From assembly GCA_963664395.2 (NCBI GenBank), contig OY761159.2, positions 4,704,001 through 4,768,000 of the forward strand: DNA of 64,000 bases, read 5' to 3'. Source of the DNA: Candidatus Binatia bacterium. GTDB taxonomy: Bacteria; Desulfobacterota; Binatia; Bin18. Every line of letters begins with the position of its first letter. Positions within the stretch are counted from its first letter, which is position 1. The notes below the pieces were generated by a model. The model saw only the letters and a list, made by a program, of their open reading frames with translations. It had not been told where the DNA came from and did no database searches. This document shows, piece after piece, positions 8,994 to 18,700 of the stretch. A program made the translations under genes and the position numbers.

Positions 8994-10628
8994 TCACTGA
9001 CCGGTATTGACCGGACAGGTGGTCAGGTTTGGGCCATCGGGTCCGTGCGTCACAAGCGAGTGCTGTTGCCACTCGGTATCGTTCGTTGCCGGGAAGTCAC
9101 TCCGTTGATGAACTCCGCGGCTTTCCCGCCGTTCCTGGGCCGCAGCGACAATGGCTTCGGCAACATCGATAAGCGCGCCCAACTCATAAAAGGTGAGCAA
9201 TTCATGGTTATACATTTTTCCGTGATGTCGGAGTCCAACCTGAGTGTAGCGAGTCTGTAAGTCGGTGACACAGCGGGCGGCCTCCCGCAATCCGGCTTCA
9301 TCTCGTACCAGTCCAACCTGCTCAGCCATTGTGGCGACCAGTTCGCGCCGAATCGTGACAATGGTATCCTCTGACACAGGCCGGGAAAAAATCGACTCAA
9401 GTGTTCGTTGGGCATCCTGCAGGGTAGAGTCGGCAATTGTCTGGGGAGCGATGTTCGACACCTGGGCGGCCGCGGCGCTGCCGGCCTGCCGACCAAAGAC
9501 AACGCTGGCGGTCAGCGCATTCCCGGCCAAGGCATTGGCCCCGTGCACCCCAGGAGAAGCACACTCTCCGGCAGCAAACAGACCGGAAACAGCCGTTGCT
9601 CCGTTCGTATTGGTCTGGATGCCACCGAGTACACGATGCATGCGCGGCATGACAGGCAGCGGCGCGCTGTCCAGACTGATACCAGCTATATCATTGGCCG
9701 CTCGCTCCAAATAGAGGAATCGGGCACCAATACGCTCTTTGCCAATCGAGCGGAAATCGAGTGTCGCGCCCTCCCCGGCGGAAGCGAGCGAGCGGCACAG
9801 CGCGTCCCGGAGCGGCAGGTCGTTGGTCTGCGAGTCGTTAATCTGAAAAATGGGCTGCCCAGCCTTGTTACACAGGACAGCGCCTTCTCCTAACGCTGCC
9901 TCAGAGGCGAAGGCGGCACGGTCACAAAAACCCAGCGGATGGTATTGCACCATCTCCATATCCCTGAGGCTCAGCCCGGCTCTGTAGGCCAGGCTCATGC
10001 CGTCACCGCAGCACGATTGCGAGGCCGTGCTCGGTGCATAGACACGCCCGGCACCACCCGTGGCCAGCACCACAGCGGACGCACTGAACGCATCAAGCTT
10101 GCCCGTTCCAAGTTCCAGGGCGAGCACTCCGCGACAGATGCCGTCCTCAACAACCAGGGAGGTCCCGAGCCACTCTTCATGACTGAGAATATCCTCCCGC
10201 ATACATTGCTCATAGAGCGTGTTCAGCACTGCATGACCGGTCATGTCGGCAGAAAATGCCGTGCGCGGGCTAGTATGCCCGCCGAGGGCCCACCGGTCGA
10301 ATTTGCCCTCAGCATTCCGGTTGAACGGCACCCCGATATGATCCAGATGAATAATGTCGTCCGAGGCGGCGCGGCACATCTCCTCGACAGCCGCTTGATC
10401 GCACAGGCCCGCTCCGGCCCGTACCGTATCCTGGGCGTGCTGCTGCCACGAATCGTCTTTTCCAAAGGCTGCATTCAATCCGTCTGACGACGTTGCAGAA
10501 TGGCTGCGTAGCGGATGGGTCTTACTGAGCAGGGCAACCTGTACCCCGGCATTGTTGGCCGCAAGGGCGGCCCGAAGCCCGGCAACCCCGCCGCCGACAA
10601 TAAGAACATCATATTTGGGCATAGACAC
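8994..10628 (-). CDS. SdhA/FrdA-family flavoprotein subunit with a divergent active site
   Basis: GGGVAG, RSHS, LATGG, MEMVQYHP, GLFAAGEC, R.ESRGVHQRSDFP. Confidence 0.9.
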   Translation of the reverse strand: MSMPKYDVLIVGGGVAGLRAALAANNAGVQVALLSKTHPLRSHSATSSDGLNAAFGKDDSWQQHAQDTVRAGAGLCDQAAVEEMCRAASDDIIHLDHIGVPFNRNAEGKFDRWALGGHTSPRTAFSADMTGHAVLNTLYEQCMREDILSHEEWLGTSLVVEDGICRGVLALELGTGKLDAFSASAVVLATGGAGRVYAPSTASQSCCGDGMSLAYRAGLSLRDMEMVQYHPLGFCDRAAFASEAALGEGAVLCNKAGQPIFQINDSQTNDLPLRDALCRSLASAGEGATLDFRSIGKERIGARFLYLERAANDIAGISLDSAPLPVMPRMHRVLGGIQTNTNGATAVSGLFAAGECASPGVHGANALAGNALTASVVFGRQAGSAAAAQVSNIAPQTIADSTLQDAQRTLESIFSRPVSEDTIVTIRRELVATMAEQVGLVRDEAGLREAARCVTDLQTRYTQVGLRHHGKMYNHELLTFYELGALIDVAEAIVAAAQERRESRGVHQRSDFPATNDTEWQQHSLVTHGPDGPNLTTCPVNTGQ

Positions 10629-10865
10629 TCTCTAGCGCAGGCCACTATAACCGAAATGGCACGAGAAGGGCAAATCCGGCAGAGTCTCACGTTGAACTTG
10701 ACTTGCCCCTCGGCGGCCGCCCCCCCATTCTCACACATGCGCGCACGTCTTTTCGGGTCCAGTTGACCGGGCCGCCTTGGCCCGCCCGTGCCTCCCGGTG
10801 CACCGCCGCGTTTCCCCTTCCCGCCTCTCGGCGGCGCCGGTCGCCTGGTGCGGCGCCCTCGTCAT

Positions 10866-10987
10866 GCGGTGTGAAGATTCCTCCCATATTGGGAGGGCCA
10901 CGCGCGGCGGGATGGGGTAATTCTGGGCGGTGTGAAGATTCCTCCCATATTGGGGGGGCCACGCGCGGCGGGATGGGCTAGTTCTGG
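10866..10987. repeat. 61-bp direct repeat x2, each containing the palindrome CCTCCCA-TAT-TGGGAGG (second copy imperfect)
   Basis: Units start at 10866 and 10927. Confidence 0.92.
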
Positions 10988-11015
10988 AAGGAGAGAGTCC
11001 GTGCGGCGTCAGCGG

Positions 11016-11100
11016 CCCGGCCAGGCTCTCGATGGAAAGGCCCAGGATGCGCAGTGAGACACGACTTTCCCAACTTTCGATTTCAAAGTGAGGTACGACC
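11016..11100 (+). repeat. Intergenic element copy R1
   Basis: ggctctcgatggaaaggcccagga.gcgcagtgagacacg is shared with R2 and R3; actttcgatttcaaagtga is shared with R3. Confidence 0.9.
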
Positions 11101-11101
11101 C

Positions 11102-14100
11102 ATGCATAGTGAAAAGAGTAGAAGAAGAACGAAGGATGAATCTCCGGACCGGCACCTCGTGGCCGGGGCGTGCGAACGAGCCGAGTCCCACAGCACAGGT
11201 GCATCGGGCTGTCAGCCCCTACGGCTGGCGTGCGCCGCTTGGGGGCTGCTCGGGCTGTGCCTGCTGGCGCTGCCGCTGCGCGTGGGGGCGGCCGTGCCGA
11301 CCGGCACCAACAGGACGGCGCTGGAGGCGCTGTACGATGCGACGGACGGAGAGAATAGTTGGACGACCAAAACGAACTGGAAGACGACTGATGGGGACTG
11401 GCACGGCGTCACCACGGATACTGATGGCAACGTCCTCGAGCTGGACCTCTCCAGGAACAAGCTGAGCGGGACGATTCCGGCGGCGGTGTGGACTTTGACC
11501 CAGCTCACTCAGCTGCGGCTCAACAACAATCAATTGAGCGGGGAGATACCGGAGGAGGTGGGAGATTTGACCCAGCTCACGGGCCTGCGGCTCAACAACA
11601 ATCAATTGAGCGGGACGATTCCGGCGGCGGTGTGGACTTTGACCCAGCAGCTCACTCAGCTGTTCCTCAACAACAATCAATTGAGCGGGACGATTCCGGC
11701 GGCGGCGGGGGACTTGAAGAACCTCATCTATCTCTACCTCCACGACAACAAGCTGAGCGGGGCGATTCCGATGGAATTGGGGAGCTTGCCCGAGATTCTC
11801 CACCTGGACCTCCACAAAAATGATCTGAACGGAGCGATTCCGAAGGCGTTAGGGGAGTTGGCCAATCTCACAATTCTGCGCCTCGACACCAACAAGCTGA
11901 GCGGGGAGATACCGGAGGAGTTGGGGAACTTGACCCAGCTCATTCATCTGTATCTCCAGGCCAATGATCTCAGCGGGTCCATTCCGGCGGAATTGAAGAA
12001 ATTGACCCAGCTCACGGGCCTGCTGCTCAACAACAATCAATTGAGCGGGGAGATACCGGCGGAGTTGTGGAGGATTTGACCCTTCTCACCACCCTGTATC
12101 TCCACAACAATCAATTGAGCGGGGAGATACCGGCGGCATTGGGGAAATTGACCCGGCTCCGCACCCTGTGGCTCCACAACAATCAATTGAGCGGGGAGAT
12201 ACCGGCGGAGTTGGGGACTTTGACCGCTCTCACCGACCTGCGGCTCTACAACAATGCGCGCTACCGCAATGCGGCGTTGAGCGGGCCTCTGCCCACCAGT
12301 TTCTCCAGCCTCACGGCGCTCAAGGAATTGCACGCCCAGAACACCTACCTCACGGTGCCCGCTGCCTTGGACAATTGGGCGGCGGGCCGCGCAGTCACCA
12401 CCGGCACTGCGGCCAGCAGCGGCACGATAACGCTGGACGCGGCCAACACGGCGCCGGGCGGGGTGTGGGCGAACGCGACAACACTGTACGTGTCGGACGC
12501 TGACGCTCTCGCCACCAAGGTGTTTGCCTACAAATTGGCCGACGGCAGCCGCGATGCCGCCAAAGATATTACGTTGGACCCCGAGAACACGGCGGCGCAA
12601 GGGCTGTGGGGGAATGAGACCACGCTGTGGGTGGCGGACCTCTTTGGCCACAAGCTGTACGCCTACACACTGGCCACCCGTAGCCGCGACAGTGCCAAAG
12701 ACATTGCCTTGGAAGAAACCAATCCCCGCGCTCTGTGGTCGGACGGGACGACCGTCTGGGTGGTAGACTCCTATAGCAACGTGTACGCCTACACGCTGGA
12801 CGGCAGCCGCCATATGGGCAGCGACTTTTCCTCGGGGCTAATTGCCGCCAACGATGTGCCGCGGGGGCTGTGGTCGGACGGGACGACAGTGTGGGTCGTA
12901 GACCCCGAGGACGTGCGCCTGTACGCCTATACGCTGGCCAGTGGCAGTCACGATGCGACCAAGTACCGGGTGCTGGACCCGGCCAACACGGCGCCGCGGG
13001 GAGTCTGGTCAGATGGGACGACGTGGTACGTGGCGGATAGTCGTGACCGCGTCGTGTACGTCTACGTCTACCGGAACCAGGGGCCGGAGGCCGTGGGCAC
13101 GCTGCCGAACCAGCGGCTGGCGGCTGGCGGGAGCGTCCAGATGGTGACCGTGACACACGCGTTCCGGGACCCGGACGGGGATGCGTTGACGTACAGTGTC
13201 GAGTCGTCAAATACGGCGGTGGTGATGGCGAGCGTGACGGGGGCGGAGGTGAGCGTGCAGCCGCCCGCCATGCTCCCGGTCACGACCTCGGCCCTGGTCA
13301 CCGTGACGGCGACGGACGCGGACGGCTCCCAGATGATGGCCACCCAGAGATTTGCCGTGCGGATAGAGGCGGCTGAGGATTTGCCGTCGAACCGGGGGCC
13401 GGTGGCCGTGGGCAGGCTGCCGGACTTGCTGCTGCAACGGGAGGCGGCGGGCGGGAGCACCCATATGGTGACCGTGACACACGCGTTCCGGGACCCGGAC
13501 GGGGATGTGTTGACGTACAGTGTCCACGTCGTTAGATACGGCGCTGGCCACGGTGAGCGTGACGGGGGCCGAGGTGGCAGTGCGGCCGCTCGTGGAGGGC
13601 CTGGTGACGATCACCGTGGGGGCGAGGGACGCGGACGGCTCCAATACGACGGCTACCCAGAGCTTTGACGTGCGGATTGGGCCCCCGCCGCTGTCTACAG
13701 GCACGGACACAGGCACGGACACAGGCACGGACACAGGCACTGGCGGCGGCGGTGGTGGCGGTGGTGGTGGTGGTGGTGGTGGTGGTGGCGGTGGTGGCGG
13801 TGGCGGCCGTCCCAGCCACGACGCCCACGGCAACACGCCGGGGCAGGCGACCCCCGTCACCCTGGACCCCGCCGGCATGGCCTCCACGGCCGGCCAGCTT
13901 AATACGGCCCCCGATGTAGACTACTTTACCGTAGACGTGCCCCACGCCGGGACGCTGGTGGTCACCACCACGGGCTCGACTGATACCGTCGGCACGGTAT
14001 GGCAAGACGGGGAAGAATTGGCAATGGCAGACAGTGGCGGCACGCGGCGGAACTTCCGGCTCAGTGTGCGGGTCCAGGCCGGGCCGGTGGTGATTGCCGT

Positions 14101-15010
14101 GGCGGGCAATGGGCGGCAGACCGGGGCGTACACCCTTCAGCTGACCTTGCTGCTGGGCTTTCTGGAGAATCCGGGCCCCAATTCGTTTCAGAGCGGCATC
14201 GGCGTCATTTCGGGGTGGACCTGTGAGGCCGAAGATGTGGAGATTGCACTCAACGGGACGGTGCAGGAGGCGGCGTACGGCACGGAGCGGGTGGACACGG
14301 CGGATATCTGTGGGGACACGGACAACGGCTTTGGGTTGTTGTTCAACTGGAACCTGCTGGGGGCGGGCGAGCATACGGTAGTGGCCACCGTGGATGGCAT
14401 CGAATTGGACCGGACCACCGTCACCGTGACGACGCTGGGCGAGGAGTTCGTGCGGGGGGCCGAGGGGAGCTGTACGGTCCCCGACTTCCCCCTGGCCGGG
14501 GAGACAGCGGCCCTGGTGTGGCAGCAGAGCAAACAGAACTTCGTGCTTGCCGCCGGCGCGGCCCCGAACGGCGCCAACCAGGCCGGGACCCCTGGGGTGG
14601 GGTATCTGGAGAATCCGAGCCCCAATTCGTTCCAAAGTGGCATTGGGGTGATCTCGGGTTGGGTGTGTGCGGCCAACGAAGTCGTAATCGCGATAGGGGA
14701 CCTGGGCTCGCAGGGGGCGGGCTACGGGACGGAGCGGTTGGACACCCAGGAAGTGTGTGAGGACACGGACAACGGCTTTGGGTTGCTGTTCAACTGGAAC
14801 CTGCTGGGGGAGGGAGAACATGAGGTGGTGGCCTATGTGGACGACGTAGAGTTAGGCCGGGCCACGGTGCGGGTGACGACGTTGGGACAGGAGTTTCTGC
14901 GGGGGGTTGAGGGCGAATGTGTGGTTGAGGACTTCCCGACGGCTGGCGAGAGGGTGACGTTGGGGTGGCAGCAGAACAGCCAGAACTTTGTCATGACAGA
15001 CGTGGAGTAG
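11102..15010 (+). pseudogene. Secreted LRR + WSDGTT beta-propeller + Ig-like repeat protein with the conserved duplicated C-terminal domain, broken by two frameshifts
   Basis: Plant-type LRRs (LxLxxNxLSGxIPxxLGxLT) continue from ORF 11054-12079 into 12067-13668; the second Ig repeat continues into 13520-15010; 2 extra nt near 12068 and 1 extra nt near 13525 relative to sister repeats. Confidence 0.8.
13697..13806 (+). repeat. 12-bp TGTD repeats followed by a GGY poly-Gly linker
   Basis: acaggcacggac x3 followed by a ggc/ggt run. Confidence 0.9.
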
Positions 15011-15133
15011 AGGGGTTGGACCGGTAAGATCGTGCCGCCCTCAGGGCCTACGATTGGGAGACCTTGGGTGCCGTCAAAGACCAAACACCCGGCGGCTCTC
15101 GATGGAAAGGCCCAGGAGGCGCAGTGAGACACG
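15011..15133 (+). repeat. Intergenic element copy R2
   Basis: About 120 bp near-identical to the start of R3; its 3' part matches R1. Confidence 0.92.
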
Positions 15134-15146
15134 CCCGGAGGGTGAG

Positions 15147-15752
15147 ATGAGTACATTCGCTATCGGTATGGTTGTTGTGGCGGTGGTTGCGGCGCCGGTC
15201 GCGTGGGCGCAGCCGCTTGAGTTTGAATCGATCGATCCGCCTTCCGTAGATAAGCGCTCTCCCGCCCTGAAACAGCGCAGTCCCCAGGCGAGAAGCGACT
15301 CCGGCCAAAGCGGCCAGGTCTATACCTACGAAGACGGCGACCGCACCGTGCGGGTGCAGTTGCAGTCCGACCTGGAGGTGAGCGGGGACAGCAGCGTCGC
15401 CAGAGGCAGCGGAGAGCACATCGTGACCAAGGACAGCTCCACGAAGGACCGCTCCGAAACAAGCACCGGGCAACCGGTGTTCCGCTCCGAATCCTCGGGC
15501 ACCCTGATGACCTTGCCCGGCGGTGTCCTGCTAGTGCTGGACGCGGAGTGGAGCACGGCAGAGACCAATGCCTTTTTCGCTCGCAACCGAATCAAGCTGG
15601 GCCGGGTGTCAGACTTGGATGTCGCCGCCAACAGTTTCTTCGTGGAGACCGAGCCGGGCTTTGCGTCTCTGAATTTGGCTAACACTCTGGCCGCGCAGGA
15701 CGGGGTACTCATCTCCAGCCCCAATTGGTGGAGAGAACATACAACAAAGTGA
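15147..15752 (+). CDS. Secreted protein, candidate stand-alone propeptide or chaperone of the downstream S8 protease
   Basis: Signal peptide ending AWA-Q; GGAGG RBS; C-terminal PVFR..LMTLPGGVLL...LANTL...SSPNW pattern. Confidence 0.7.
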   Translation: MSTFAIGMVVVAVVAAPVAWAQPLEFESIDPPSVDKRSPALKQRSPQARSDSGQSGQVYTYEDGDRTVRVQLQSDLEVSGDSSVARGSGEHIVTKDSSTKDRSETSTGQPVFRSESSGTLMTLPGGVLLVLDAEWSTAETNAFFARNRIKLGRVSDLDVAANSFFVETEPGFASLNLANTLAAQDGVLISSPNWWREHTTK

Positions 15753-15769
15753 ACGACTGACCCAAGACC

Positions 15770-18700
15770 ATGCACTCGCACGTGAGGAAAACACTGCTGC
15801 CGACGGCAGTGTGGGGACTGTGTTGGTTGCTACTGATTGCTGGCGACGTCTGGGCGCAGACCGCACCCGGCGCTCCCACCATCACTACGGTTGCGGCAGG
15901 ACACAGCAGCTCTCTCGGTCTCACCCTTGCCGTGACCTGGACCGCACCCGCCGATACCGGCGGCTCGGCCATCGAAGCCTACGATGTGCGCTTCATCGAG
16001 ACTGCCGACGACGAGACGGACGACGCCAACTGGACCGTGGAAGAAGGAGATGGTGCACTGTCCTATACTATCTCCGGTCTGATCGACAGCACGGAATACG
16101 ACGTGCAGGTGCGGGCAATCAACGCCAACGGCGACGGCGCCTGGTCCGCTACCGAAACGGGTACCACCTCCGATCATAGCGACACGACCTCGGGGGCGAC
16201 GAGCCTGACGCTGGACACCGATATGGGCGGCGTCATCGACCCTGGGACCGACGTGGATTACTTCACGTTCACGCTGACCAGAGAAACCGGTATGCTCATC
16301 TATACGACCGGTGATCTCGATACCGTGGGCGAACTCCAGAACAGCAGCGGCTCGGTGATTGACAGTGACGATGATAGCCCTCTCTCCGACACTCCGTTGA
16401 ATTTCTTCATGTGGCAAACCCTTGCAAGGGGAACGTACCGCATCAAGGTCTCCAGCTATGGAGAGGCTACGGGGTCCTACGTCCTGCACGCCAGGGCGAT
16501 GGTCGACAGCAACGGCAGTGCCAACGCGCAAGAGATTACCTTCGACAGTGCTGGAAACGGGGCTGCAAACGGGATTATCTCTCAGGGCGGTCGGTACGGC
16601 GACGTGGATTACTTCAAATTTACGCTCTCGGAAGCGACCGATATCGTCATTCATACCACCGGCCTGGTTGATGATACGGTAACGAACCTGTTTAACAGCG
16701 ACGGAACAGAGCGTCTTGCTGCCAACGATGACGGGTATCTGTGGCCGAGTTCGTATCAATCCCTGATCCGCACCCGCCTTGACGCCGGGACGTACTACAT
16801 CCTGGTCGCCAGCCGTCACCAGATCTATACCGGGTTCTACAATTTGCACGTCAACAAAGTGACGGAGCCGGGCAACTCCCTCGCTACCGCCACCCCCCTG
16901 ATCCTTGGTAAGGCGGGGGGCGGCCGGATCGACCCATCAGACGATGTGGACTACTTCCGCCTCGACATCCCCGAAACGACGACTATCTACTTGGGGGCCA
17001 TAAGTAAAACGGTGCAGGTGCATATCGACGGAGACTTACTTGATAGCAACGGCACCACGTTTTACCCAAATCTGCCTGAAGAGCTCTATGGTAGAGGCTT
17101 TCGTTTCTACGACCGCCTGACCGCGGGCACCTACTACATTAAGGTCACCCATGACGGTGACGACACCGGGCTGTACACTATTCGTGCGTTTGAAGACAGG
17201 AGCTACAACAACTTTCTGACCCGCTGTTCAAACATCCAGACTACTCTCGAAGAGGGCAGTGATCCGCTGTACGGCTGTCAGTGGCATCTGCACAACACGG
17301 GACAACTCACAGGCGGGACGGCAGGCGAAGACATCAACGTCGAAGAGGTCTGGACCGCCGGCAACCTGGGGGCCGGCATCAATGTGGCCGTGGTCGACGA
17401 CGGCATGGATTATACGCACGAGGATTTGAGCGCCAATGTGATTACGGCGCGTAACCACGATTACACCGCCGGCGAGGGCGAAGACACGACCGACATATTT
17501 GATCCCTTTGAAAACCATGGCACGGCGGTGGCGGGACTCATCGCGGCGCAGAATAACAGCCTGGGCGTACGGGGTGTCGCACCCCAGGCAAAAATCTACG
17601 GCCACAATGTCGTCCTGGATCCCACCGAGGCAAACGAAGTCGACGCCATGATACGCAACCTGGAGACTACCGCCGTCTCCAACAACAGTTGGGGACCTCC
17701 CGACGGGCTCGGACCGGCCACCGCTCCCACTATCTGGGAGATGGCGATGGAGAAAGGCATCACGGAAGGGTTTGGTGGCAAGGGCATCTTCTATGCCTGG
17801 GCTGCCGGAAACGGGGTGGAAGGAGGTTCCAACCTCGACGAGTACGCCAACCACTACGGCGTCACCGCCGTCTGTGCGGTGAGCGACCAGGGAAAGCGCT
17901 CCGCGTATTCGGAACGGGGCGCCAACCTGTGGGTCTGCGCGCCGTCGGATGACTTCGACCGCGGTCGGCACGAGATTACCACCACCGATAACGACGACTT
18001 CTACACCAACAGTTTTGGCGGCACCAGCGCGGCCACGCCCATCGTCTCCGGCGTGGCCGCGCTGGTGCGCAGCGCCAATACCGCCCTGAGCTGGCGGGAC
18101 GTGAAGCTCATCCTGGCCGCGTCCGCCCGTAAGAACGACCCGGACAACACCGGCTGGGAGGACGGGGCGCTGCAATACGACTCCGACACGGAGCGCTACC
18201 ACTTCAACCACGAATACGGCTTCGGGGTGGTGGATGCTAAGGCCGCCGTGGATTTGGCCGACGGCTGGACCGATCTTCCGACGCTAGGGCAGGAGACGAA
18301 ATCGTCCGAGAATCTCAACTTGCGCATCCCAGACAGAGGAACGGTCACCAGCAGTCTCACCCTGGGCTCTGCTGTCGCGTTCACCGAGTTCGTCGAAATC
18401 AACGCCGACTTCGGCCACCCTGCCTTCCGGGACCTCCAGGTGGAGTTGGTCTCCCCGTCGGGGACGGTGTCTATCTTATCCGTTCCCCACCGTTTACCCT
18501 ACATCGCGAGATTTATCAGAATCCCATTATGGGGCAGATTCCGGTTCGGCTCGGCCAAGCATCTGGGCGAGGACCCCGCCGGGACGTGGACGCTGCGCAT
18601 AAGCGACCGAGTGTCCGGAGACACCGGCACCCTGAATTCGTGGAGCCTGACCGTCTACGGGCACCGATCCACCCCCGGAGCACCGGACATCGACGCAGTG

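Noticed and set aside
10866-10987. Possible mini CRISPR array
   Set aside because: Two contiguous 61-bp units with no unique spacers and no cas genes.
11450-12260. Near-identical LRR units as a diversity-generating retroelement TR/VR pair
   Set aside because: No reverse transcriptase in the window, and the differences are not confined to adenines.
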